A stretch of DNA of 64,000 nucleotides from Azolla caroliniana (Eukaryota; Plantae; Polypodiophyta), in the NCBI GenBank assembly GCA_043228905.1, contig JBHGNT010000020.1:558001-622000 (forward strand), read 5' to 3'. This document shows, piece by piece, positions 26,606 through 37,381 of this stretch. Position 1 is the stretch's first letter; every line of letters starts with the position of its first letter. The notes beneath the pieces are model-generated. The model saw only the letters and a program-made list of their open reading frames with translations. It ran no database searches and was not told the origin of the DNA. The position numbers were made by a program, and so were the translations under genes.

Positions 26606-27032
26606 GGGATGAAAGAAAAGAGGAATAAGAGATTAGTAGGAAATGAGAGAGACAGAAGGTAGGAAAATCGGTTCAAACTGTCAGGAACAGTACTAGGACA
26701 GAGAAGGAATTAGTACTAAAAGAAGTATTAGTACTAAGAGAGGTGAAGAACTCTCGAGAGAAGGAAAGAGCGAGTGAGAGGGAGGGGGAGAGAGAGAGAG
26801 AGAGAGTGATGATAAGAAAAGATATATATTATGTGAAGAAAATGTACAGTAGTTAGGAGGCTTAAGACTGGCGTTGAACCGATTTGGTTCGAAATAATGC
26901 CTTGTGCCTCCTTTTATAGTGTTCTAAGGAATACTCCTGAAGTTTGTAGAATGTTCCAGAGAAATCTGGAATATACATCAATTTTCTATAATAAAACATA
27001 AATGAAAATAATATTCTATGTATTACAATGCA

Positions 27033-27090
27033 TAGTCTAATGGTCAAGAGCTCGACCCATGTTGTATAAGGTCATGGGTTCGAGTCTTGC
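27033..27090 (+). promoter_or_regulatory. tRNA-like Pol III A-box/B-box module at the U3 edge of the E LTR (also at 21826-21882, 4197-4252, 38611-38665 and 62257-62311)
   Basis: TAGTCTAATGG..AGGTC..GGTTCGAGTC with tRNA T8-to-T54 spacing. Confidence 0.6.
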
Positions 27091-27912
27091 CATATCATGA
27101 CAATAGGTGCAGAATTTGCCTAATCAGCCCGTTCTCGAGTTCGACCGTTGTCGGTCTCCCCTCGTTTTGATCGACTGTGATTTTGACCGGTTCTATCATT
27201 TGTTCTCTCGATTGATTCAGTCAAGTGGTGGGTTTTTGCCGATTCGTCGATGGTGAGTGCAATCAATTTTCGCTGAATATTCCCAATGAGGACTTGGCCG
27301 ATTGTCTTATCTAGATTTAGGATAGACGACTATTGGTGAATGTCATACAGAATACCTCCCAACTTTCCGACAAGCTCGATAGGAGGGCAAGAGGTTTCAC
27401 TTCTTCTTCGAAGTTGATTCCTTATGAGAAGAGTTCAGATACCACCGGCCTGAAGGTGTTGATGTGCGAGGTTGCGGGATCTGACTCTCTCATCTTCATA
27501 TTGAATAGTTGTCGAATCAATATGAGTTTCGACGAGGAGGATTTCTTTTCGTACACTTCTTGCAACTTATCCCATAATGAGAAAGTTGTTGAAGTAGACA
27601 TTCTCGGGCAGATGCATTCGGATGGTGGAGCGCGCAATTTTGCCTAGTGATCTCCACTCTTCGGCTAACATCATAGCAGGTTTTTTGCTATGTCGAATAG
27701 CTTCAACTTGTCTCCTGATGATCAACACATCCTACATCATCTCCTTCCACAAGGCAAAATTTTTGCCATCAAACTTTTGGATTTGAACTCCTGTTCTGGA
27801 TGTTGAAGCCATATTCTTTTTAGAAAGTGAGATTTTTACTGACCTTCACTTCTTTTTCAGCTTGCTCTACTTCTTTTATTGCTACCGAACAACAGGTCAC
27901 TCTAATACCACT

Positions 27913-28214
27913 TGTGGGAATGAATGCGTGAAAGCAATTGAGAACGTGTCGGTGAATGTGCATGGCAAACAACACAGAGAATGTGACAGAGGATATGATT
28001 GAAGCGTAGACACAATTCGAGCTCAAATGGAAGTTTTCGTTATTGTTGTTCTTGCTCTCTCTCTCTCTCTCTCTCTCAAAGATTCAAGATATACAAGAAT
28101 GATCAGGAGTTCCTTATTATAAGGTTAGGTTATTGCTTATATATTAAGCCCTAACTATTTGGATGTGTTCACATTGGGATACAAAGTGGAAGGAGTCGGC
28201 TCATTATGCCAACA
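27913..28214 (-). repeat. 5' LTR of copia A
   Basis: TG...CA termini, adjacent to the PBS, homologous to 3586-3705 and to the reverse complement of the LTR at 60357-60634. Confidence 0.85.
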
Positions 28215-28219
28215 AACTT

Positions 28220-28432
28220 TTGCTATCTTGTATACCACTTTGTCCCGACCTCTTGATAGGGTCGATTGAGAAAAGTGAGTTTAAGTTATTACCAACATCA
28301 CAATTAACATTTTCACCTAGACCCTTTAAGTTATTACCCTAGAGTATACTCATCAACTGAGAAATATGAGTTACTTAATAAAGCATAAGGGTCCACCAAA
28401 AACAAGGATGATCTAATCGAAGCAGAAGACAT
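28220..28432 (-). pseudogene. N-terminus of the same Sola1-like transposase, separated by the copia A insertion
   Basis: Removing 3586-28214 and one AACTT copy restores an open frame (..SGIQDSKS/CASIDKD..TCCGNLCL..MWEK). The candidate ATG is at 28432, with one frameshift near 28340. Confidence 0.7.
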
Positions 28433-28640
28433 CTTGAAGCCTAACTTAAATTAACACCTTTGTTTATTTTAAATAGAAATTAAGGAATTTAAGATCTAGT
28501 CTTTGAACATAAACCATAGGAAGACATCTTGGGATAGAAGATAAGGCATATTCACATCATAATAATATTTAATTTTGTAAATTTCTTATAACAATCAATT
28601 GTCTAATATTGTATTTTTTTCTAGGAGAAAATCTTTTTTT

Positions 28641-28960
28641 AAAATAATTATTTTATTTCCCCCAAAAATATAATTTAAGTTGAATATATAAATAGAAGTT
28701 GACCTTACACGTTTCAAGAGCTCAAAGCACTCTCCAGAAAAGTCGTCGTTTTTTGCATTCTTCAACACATTGTCAACAACCAGTCAACATGAAATTGAGC
28801 AAAATAATTATTTTATTTCCCCCAAAAATATAATTTAAGTTGAATATATAAATAGAAGTTGACCTTACACGTTTCAAGAGCTCAAAGCACTCTCCAGAAA
28901 AGTCGTCGTTTTTTGCATTCTTCAACACATTGTCAACAACCAGTCAACATGAAATTGAGC
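28641..28960. repeat. Apparently exact 160-bp tandem duplication
   Basis: 28641-28800 reads identical to 28801-28960 by eye. Confidence 0.92.
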
Positions 28961-29094
28961 AAGAAAGTTGGCAAGTAAGTCTTCTAGTACCCAATTTTAA
29001 AGATTCCTAGAGATAGGATAAAGATTCCTTTTTATTCTCTGTAAAATTGAGTGACTTTAATCATAGTCAGTTTGGTGTATGTATATTTTGATTA

Positions 29095-29570
29095 GATTCT
29101 TGTGTATGTGTCAGTCTCAATTTCCTCTCTAATCCGATGCAGTGCATTTGATTAGAGAGGAAATTGAGAGGACGCATACACAAGAATCATAGAACTTAAA
29201 GATGAAATTAAGAAGAAATCTTCGATGTTCCTCTCTAATCCGATGCGGTGCATCAGATTAGGGAGGATATCGTAGGCAATCCTTTGAAATATGATGTAGT
29301 GCATCCGATTTCAGAGGATGTTCTTTCTAACTCGATGCATCAGATTAGAGGGGAGAATCATAGAACCTTCTCTAAAATCCGATGCAGTGCATCGGATTTC
29401 GGAGGTTGTCCTCTCTAACCCGATCCAGTTCATTGGATTAGGGAGGATATGATAGGACATCCTCTGAAATCCGAATGTTCTCTGAAATCCGATGCACTGC
29501 ATCAGATTAGGGGTTAAATCATAGGACATCCTCTGAAATCTGATGCACTACATCGGATTTCAGAGGATAT
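29095..29570. repeat. Array of palindromes with core AATCCGATGCA(C/G)TGCATCGGATT
   Basis: At least 7 degenerate copies. The first extends to a ~90-nt hairpin (29095-29188). TTTAGGTGTA-like repeats follow to ~29760. Confidence 0.85.
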
Positions 29571-29935
29571 TACGTTGTTTTTAGGTGTATTTTACCTTTA
29601 TTTTATGTTTATTTTAGGTATATTTAGGCATATTTAGGTGTATTTTACACGTATTTGGGTGAATTTAGGTGAATTTAGGTGTATTTTATGTTTATTTTAC
29701 GTGTATATGGGTGTATTTATGTGTGTTTATGTGTATTTAGGTGTATTTTACGTTTATTTCACGCAAATATTTTGCTTTTCCCCCCCTAGTGAGCCTCGTC
29801 AAAAGGTGCCCTCTTTCAAGTTGAAGTTTCAGTCTCCGATGAAACACGACTCGGAGAGTTTTTTAAAAGACAAGTCTCGACGATTGTGATGGGACCTCGA
29901 AATTATCCGTATGGAATGCGAAAAATAAACAAATT

Positions 29936-31240
29936 ATGCTCCTAGAAGATATGTCCACGGAACATAAGCTAAAAAATTATTCAAACCTAGAATGGAGTCT
30001 CAGTTACGTCGAAGAAGATGGAGTATTGCTCCTCATATTTGCCGCATCGGAAGGAAAAGGAAAGCTCAAATTAGGGAAGACCTTCACCTATGGCAAAGTT
30101 CGTAATTTAGAATATGAAGACAGTGATTCATCCATTATCTTCCTTGACGTTGAGAGCTCAGGTGGTACAAGGCGAGTGCAAGTTGATGAAGGAAACCTAC
30201 TACCTTATCTGTGTCACCCAAATTTTATTTTTATTTTTAAAGTCACGATTCACCGGGGTATTAATGAAAGATGCCCAAAGTCTACAAAGAATCCATACAA
30301 TAAATTACAATCCTCCTACACATGTGAATCAACATGTCTAGTAGCGGAAACCCTCATGCATGGTCCTTTCAAGACAAGGGGCGGAAAAAGCCATCTTGGT
30401 GGAGCATATCTCCATTTTATTTTGTGCCACCCAAAATCTTTGCGAAAATATATGCAAACAAAGAATTATCTTATTGTAGCTCTTCGGCCTTATGTTACCA
30501 GAGAGATGATGAGCACATAAGTAGATACTCCACTTAAACGGTCTCGGAAAACAAAACCCAAACATAAAAAATATCAAAAAAGACAAATATCTAATGATGA
30601 GGAGCTCGAAGTCTTGGAGTTCGAGGAAGAAGAAGGCGATGAACAATAACTTGAAGTTGTCCCTCGAGGAGGGCAAATATCTTTCGATGTATTGACTTCT
30701 GAGCGAAACCAGATTAGAGAAAACATAGCTAGGACCAAACTAGTTCAAAAAGGTCAACTCTTCCATCTGCTGATTTCTTCAATTCAAAGGTCGCCCATCA
30801 ACTCTGAAACGGGAAGATGCACGCTCGAGATTAGAGAGCCACATCCAATGCATGTATAGAATCTAAAAAGCAAAATGAAGATAAATCCACATGCAATCGT
30901 CGTACCTTTTTTGGTTATGGGAGACCCTGAACAATGACCGATGGTTGCTGGTTTTAAATATAGCTCTTAAGATGATTATATGGATTATGTCATCCGAGGA
31001 TCTCATTCAACTAAAGCCCAACGTCAACTCGTCAAGGAATATCCGCTCCACTCCGTTTTTTAAGTACGTAGAATGTAAAGTATATGCAAGTCTTACTCAT
31101 GAAGAGGCCAAGTTGTTAGCTTGGAACCACAACAATGATAACGATTATAGACAAAAGATGTTATGTATCAAACGCATCAGATTCTTTCACCACGAGTATT
31201 TGGATGTGTTGCAAAGATTTGGATCCAAGTTGAACCTTGG
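29936..31240 (+). pseudogene. Degenerate gene containing a ParB/sulfiredoxin-like segment
   Basis: ORF 29936-30520 continues through stops and frameshifts into TLEIREPHPMHV*NLKSKM..VVPFLVM..YVIRGSHSTKAQRQL..VECKVYASLTHEEAKLLAWNHN, which resembles the ParB-fold IR..HV..L / VIxGxHxxxA / EA..LA pattern. Confidence 0.5.
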
Positions 31241-31254
31241 CTAACGTCAACAAG

Positions 31255-31520
31255 GTGCACCGACTCCGGCCAAGGAAGATCGAGGAAGGAGATTGAGTGT
31301 TGGTTTATGACAACAACCTCGACAATCAACACTGGTCGGCCAGGAAGTTTGCAACGAGGTGGTTCGGACCGTAGGTGGTGACGAGTGCCAACGACAATGC
31401 CACATGCCACCTTGCGGACTAGGCTAGTCGTGCCTATTATAGGAAAACGGGTCAAAATCTTCAAGAAGCGACAAAACAAAGGACCAGATCCCAACATGGA
31501 GAATCTCAGTAGCGATGACG
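31255..31520 (+). mobile_element. Fragment of a gypsy integrase C-terminus (D-related)
   Basis: VLVYDNNLDNQH..RKFATRWFGP..SANDNAT..GKRVKIFKKR parallels 19100-19300. Confidence 0.75.
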
Positions 31521-31849
31521 AAGGAAACAAGCATCCGGAGGACCGGATCAACGAAGAAATAGAGGACTTAAGCCTCGTGACCAAGCTGAGAAAAGCAAGC
31601 GAGCATCCCATTCTAGGAGATCACATCCTGCCTAATGTCATCGAAGACTGCGAATGCTTTAATCGAAGCCCCACACTTGCTATACATGTTTATGAGAGCA
31701 TTTCCTACCCCTATGTTGGACTTATATCCACACTCAATTATGCAACTACGGATTTTTTTTACCTTGGCCTAATGCACCTAATGTGCCACAGCTACTTAGA
31801 TAATATATAACCATGTGGGCTCATTTGAACTTGTTTCCTCTTTGTGCAT

Positions 31850-32940
31850 TCCCCTTGGCAACTCAAGTGCTTCTTGGCAATACGCATAATGGCTATATAT
31901 AAATATCATTGCATTCCGTTCATGCATTTGCTCGAAGATTGACCATGCATCATCAACCTTGCCACATCTACCATGAATTTGCTCACATTCCGTTCATGCA
32001 TTTGCTCAAAGATTGAGTGGCAAGGCTCGTGGCATAGTAATAAGAGCATTACCAAGTATGATGTTAAGACTCAAATTTGTGTTTGTAACATGCCTGAATT
32101 ACCTCATGCTCGGCAGGAGCTTCAAGGTTGGCATATGCACCTAGAATACTCACTAATGTAATGGTATCAGGTGAAATACCTTCAAGATGCATTTCCTTAA
32201 AGACTTGAATTGCTTCTTTACCATATCTTTGCTGAGTATATGCGGAGATAATTGATTGTCCATGAGACTAAATTCTTTCCTCAGACTCGATAAAAAACAC
32301 AATGAGCTTCTTCTAAGGCCCCACATTGTCCATACATCCCAATCAATGCAGTATCGATAGTAAGTACCGAGTCAAAGCCTCTTTGCACTATGTTGGTGTG
32401 GATGAGTTCGGGACCGTAATGACATGCATGGAGAACATTAACAAAGCTTCCCTCATCTGGGTCAATATTTACATGTTGCATTTCCTCGAGCATCTCTATT
32501 GTTGAATCGTTACATTCTTCTTGAGCATATGTAGCAATGAGTATGTTATAGGTGAGCACTCCTTTAGGGTGGATCTTCTCAAAGACCTACAGTGCATCCA
32601 ACATAGCACCACATTTACTGTACATATTAAAAAGTGCATTCAAGAAGCTATGGTTAGTTTCAAGCTCACTTCCTATAATGCATGTGTCCACCAATTGACC
32701 CATGACAAGGGCTTCCAAGCTTGAACACGCACTTAAAAACATTAACAAGAGTAACATTATTAGGGTTCAAGCCCTGTTCATGCATTTTATTAAAGATTTC
32801 AAGTGCTTGCATCACTCTGCCTTTCTTTGTACAGAAACAAGAATCATACAAGTCCAGTGAAATCACATTGCCATTTTGTATATAATCAAACACATAACAT
32901 GCATCTTCCAATGAGCCACATTTTCCATACATATTGAATC
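31850..32940 (-). pseudogene. PLS-class pentatricopeptide repeat (PPR) pseudogene fragments
   Basis: MYGKCGSLEDACYVFD, ALEIFNKMHEQGLNPNNVTLVNV and TALIGMYGQCGALEEAHCVF, with multiple frameshifts. Confidence 0.85.
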
Positions 32941-33812
32941 TGGGAGGGGAAGTCATTACATCATCCAGATCTACAGAGAGATTCACCAAAGATCTACAGA
33001 TCTCGAATACATAATGTCTTGTGACTACCCAAACAAAGATCCTAGCAGAATATGTTGCTTCACAATTACAAAATAGAGATAACTTTGGTTTGGAATGACT
33101 AGTAATAAGGGTATTATTAAGGTACAAATATAGAAATTTCCTCTCTTTGAGCCTGTAATGACATTAATGTTGATCACTTAAGCCCTTCACTAAGCTTCTT
33201 ATGTGAAAATGTGTATATATGTACTCTATTTGTGTGCTTTCATTTCATAATTATCTGGTTAAGTACATTGACTAATAATAAATATCATACATAATAAATT
33301 TTTTAAACAAGAGAAAACAAAATATGTTTAAAATGGTAGTTAGAAGCCTTTAACATGGTAAGTAGAAGCTTAACTTTAATTGATGACCCTCTTACATGTT
33401 TCCCCAATATGTAGTTCAGTGAATAGCCATTCGAGCCCAAAACATGAATTGGCTAGGGAGATATAGAACTTTTTATCAAGAGTATGATGTGTGCTCAATG
33501 TTCATATGATAGAGTTGGAGGATGTCATGATGATAGTAGCTACATAGAAATTGAGGGGGCTAGAGAGAATTGAACCCAACCTACCCAAATGAATGCCTTA
33601 CCTAGGTAGATAAGAGTCTATTCTTCTTTGATGGCTTCATAAGGTGGATAATGGTTGTCTTGGTGGTGTGTGGAGGTAATAGTTTGTGCATAGTAATTCA
33701 TTTTGGTAGAAGAGTTAAAAATGATAGACAAGAGTAAAAATCTCATTATGTATACATACAAGAAACATATAAAACAATTGTTTGGACAAAATAAATAGAA
33801 TAAAACTTCCAC

Positions 33813-34649
33813 TCAATATAATAACTCATAAAAGAGGATAAATAAAACAAAGACTAAGAGGAACTTGGGGAGCTTATTACCTTGATGATAAGGATATGTT
33901 AGTATGTTCAAGAGACAATTAATATGAGGATAAACTTGCAGACCTTGAGAACCCAAAAGGTTTCTAAAAGAGTGGCCATTTAAAGATGTTATGGTGTTTG
34001 ATAGGACCTCTTGGATATGGGAAAAGAGAAGAAGAGAGAAGTGTTTGAAATAGGTAAGCAACATAGAGCTTACAAACCTTGGATGGTACTCAAGGTTATG
34101 GTTTGTTTGTGAATTCAGTTCTTCACTAGTTAGATTGTAGGCATTTATATGATTGGAACTATGGGTGATTGAAGTCCCTTGACCTTGAGGGCACATTGGG
34201 ATCTCAGGCATGCCAGAAAACCCAGATATGCCACACATGCCAGACATTATACACATCCCATAAATCCAAGGCTGATGATTAGACTGCCCAAACCTATCAA
34301 CCAATATTGGTTTCCTATGGGGATCACGAACACTTGTGTTTCCTCGAAATAGCGAGATAAGTGTCTCGTCTTTCACCAAGGCTTTGCATACCGGACACTC
34401 TTGGCATATTGAGTAGTTTTGGAGCCAATCATAGAGACATGACCGACAAAAGAGATGGCCACATGATGTTACAATGGAGTCATTCGCGAGATCTAAGCAT
34501 ATGTTGCATTCGAATCCAACGATCGATGATGAATTAGACATTGGTTGTTTCTTGTTTATCCCATTGTGGTTGTTGTCTAGCTCTCCTCCTCCATGGACTT
34601 GATTCTCTATGGACTCTACTAGATTGTTCCTTGACTCCATGGCCATCAA
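33813..34649 (-). CDS. C3HC4 RING E3 ubiquitin ligase, RMA/RNF5 family, with C-terminal membrane anchor
   Basis: Intronless 278-aa ORF with FECNICLDLA.D.IVTSCGHLFC..CLY.WL..ECPVCKA and the hydrophobic tail FLLVFVLFILFYELLY. Confidence 0.85.
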   Translation of the reverse strand: MMAMESRNNLVESIENQVHGGGELDNNHNGINKKQPMSNSSSIVGFECNICLDLANDSIVTSCGHLFCRSCLYDWLQNYSICQECPVCKALVKDETLISLFRGNTSVRDPHRKPILVDRFGQSNHQPWIYGMCIMSGMCGISGFSGMPEIPMCPQGQGTSITHSSNHINAYNLTSEELNSQTNHNLEYHPRFVSSMLLTYFKHFSLLLFSHIQEVLSNTITSLNGHSFRNLLGSQGLQVYPHINCLLNILTYPYHQGNKLPKFLLVFVLFILFYELLY

Positions 34650-35016
34650 ACATTTAAACTATTACTAATAATAGTTCAAACATTTTAGTTATACACACAA
34701 TATATAATGATAATCCCAATTGAATTGAAGTACAATTATGATCATGCTTTCTAATTACAAGCTATTCTTAAGTCTCAAGGAATAATGTCCATAATCACAT
34801 GAAGGGACATAATTTGATAAGGTTGTTACTTCCACTTTAAAGTGAGGGATTAACACTTTGATTTATAACAAAATAGTTGGCACTTTTCTCTTAAAAAGTG
34901 ATAGCATGGACCCAATCAATCATTTCCTTACAAAAGGCAATTATAGTAGGTCCTTTTCTAATGCACGTGATAATAAGAACATTGTAGATGTTTACAAATT
35001 TAAGCCTTTGAGAATG

Positions 35017-35160
35017 ACACATTCCTACATATGTTCACTTCTCCATGATTTATAATCAAATCTTTATAGAAAAGCATTATGATAAAGTACACATTCCTAC
35101 ACATGTGCACTTCTCCATGATTTATAATCAAATCTTTGTAGAAAAACATTATGATAAAGT
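35017..35160. repeat. 72-bp tandem duplication upstream of the RING gene
   Basis: acacattcctaca..gataaagt occurs at 35017 and 35089. Confidence 0.9.
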
Positions 35161-37197
35161 AACGCTAAATCAATCGAACATTGCAAAAAGTGTAAAATAA
35201 ACAATAGCATGCGACCCAAAAGTTGGGTATAAGGTTGCTTTCTTTACACCTAATAATGTAAAATAGAATGAGAAATGAACCTTGTGTTCAATTTGGATAA
35301 GGACTCAGAATCATGTGTGGCTTTCCTTTTTAAAGTGGTATTTATGTAAGCACCTTTATGATCTCAACCACTCAGCCAACAACTAAAGAAAAGGAAAAGA
35401 AAACTTGAAAATTGAAATAGATTCATTAGGTTTCCTAAATATCCATAATTTCGTAATTCAAATGGTGTTATGGTCTTTTGGATGATTTACAAACGTGAAG
35501 ACCACAATTAGAAGGTATGGGATTGTTGAGAAATTACCCTCAACATCACCTTGTGTGTGAACTTTTGTCATAAGCATAAAGGAATATATTCTAAATTATA
35601 TTGAATCTTTTAACTCCCTTAAGAATTACATTTAACGTGCTTGCATGCATATCAAAAAATCCGAAGTTGAGTGAGAAAAATGGTTACTTGCATGTTTCTT
35701 TAATGGCATTCTAAATTCAAACTATTCTTGGATATTGGATGATAAAGATCCAAGCTATAGTTGAGATTAGGCTTAGAGTATATGCGCATTCTCAAGACCA
35801 ACCCATGGATCATTCAGTGAAAAAAAAGCACTTTGACCACTTTCTCCATGTGACATGGTCATGACTCGCATCACTAACAATCAACAACGGTTTGGTTTGG
35901 TTCGAGGGTGTTAAACTCAAACTGTTTAAAAATTTTGAAACTTAAACCAAACCAATTAAAACAAAACCGTTCAAAACGAAACAATTCAAACTAAGCTCTA
36001 AAACCCAAATAGTTTCATAGGTTTTCAAACCATTAAAACCACAACACAATTTGTTTTTAGTTTTCAAGCTAGGTCAAATTCAAATATACAAATTTTAAAA
36101 TTGTTAATAATTAAGTAATTAACTAAGGGTTAATTAGTGTCTAATTATATTATTAAGCAACAGAAGGCTATGTGATATGTGTGTACGTGTGTGTGAGAAA
36201 GAGAGGAAGCACACTTATGAACAATAAGACAAGATTGGGGATAATTAACAAGAGTATAGCTTAAAGACCTTTCTCTATATTAATAAGCAACAACTTACAA
36301 AAATACCTACAATGAGGTATATATACGTTTCATGTGCAAAGGTGCACATGTGTGAAGAGAATATAGGTACAAAGGTGTAAGTCCTATATTAAATGAACTT
36401 GGTAGTGGGGGATCTAGGATGTATTTTACTTAAATACAAAGAACAAATTCTTATTTAAGACTTTCTAGTCAACACTCTAACTAGATTCTATGTATGTAAC
36501 TACTAAGTTGCATCATTAACAAAATAAGTAATCCTAGTTTACCTTTGTTGAGAATCAAGCTCAACCTATTCTAGTGTGTGAACACACCTTTTGAGAATCT
36601 ATGAGCAGTCAAAGGTCAAAGGTCACCACCAATGTTGGGCAAAGTCCCAAGAATAGTGTTAGCGTTTCGATTGGGTTGGGACATTTGCCGGTCAAGGTGG
36701 GGGATAGCCGGAACTGATTCCAGCTAGAATTTCCCCAAAACCGGAATCTAGCTAGTTAATATTTTTGTAACCGGCTATTTATGCATTTTTTATAAAAAAA
36801 ATGTTAAAAGAACAATTTTCCCTATTTCCCCCTCTTTTAGTGTGATTTCCCCTGTTTGTTTTCCCCCTTTGGCCCCACTCTCGAATCCCTCTTTGCCCCC
36901 TCTTTCTCCTCTTTTCCCTCTCTTTTCCTGTTTGTCTATATTACCTCTTCTTGATTGCCAGTGCCTTCGCTTGAGAGTCGAGACTTGACAATCCATACTC
37001 CGGTAATCTCATATATTATCAATTGTGTACAAATATTGACATCAATTTGAACAATCATTGTTGACAAATCCCTTATTGATTATGAAGAAGAAAAAATAGT
37101 GGAGGAGGAACTACAACGATGGAGGTAGGGTATGATGCATTATTTAATTAATTAGTGTTAATTTAGTTAATAACGCGTCTCTGTATAAGAAAAATAG

Positions 37198-37198
<1 letters not shown>

Positions 37199-37257
<59 letters not shown>
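37199..37257. repeat. (AC)n microsatellite
   Basis: Direct reading. Confidence 0.95.
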
Positions 37258-37260
<3 letters not shown>

Positions 37261-37342
37261 CCTTGTCTTACTTGGCTTCCCTTGTTGTTGCATATGGCAA
37301 GCTTTTGTGTACATATATACATATGTATAACAACCTAAATAT

Positions 37343-37381
37343 GAAGAAGAAGAAGAAGAAGAAGAAGAAGAAGAAGAAGAA
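37343..37381. repeat. (GAA)n microsatellite
   Basis: Direct reading. Confidence 0.95.

Larger units (their letters stand above)
21444..27102 (-). mobile_element. Tcn1-like chromovirus (Ty3/gypsy) E, full length
   Basis: LTRs at 21444-21895 and 26679-27102, TSD ATAGG, PPT complement at 21896-21908, non-tRNA self-complementary PBS at 26665-26676, chromodomain on the integrase. Confidence 0.95.
3586..28214 (-). mobile_element. Ty1/copia LTR retrotransposon A (decayed, RT/RNaseH missing), host of many nested insertions
   Basis: Both LTR copies begin tgtgggaatgaatgcg (3586, 27913). TSD AACTT at 3581-3585 and 28215-28219. Degenerate tRNA-iMet PBS at 27898-27910. gag from ATG 27812, protease and GAG-pre-integrase at 20582-21443, integrase at 20130-20328 and 12963-13296. 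Confidence 0.85.

Noticed and set aside
29095-29570. CRISPR-like array
   Set aside because: The repeats are degenerate and irregularly spaced with no unique constant-length spacers, there are no cas genes, and the context is eukaryotic.
35885-37150. MITE or hAT-like ends (AAACC-rich tract; TAGTGTT.. with CCGG motifs)
   Set aside because: No partner TIR or TSD could be identified, so no boundaries can be supported.
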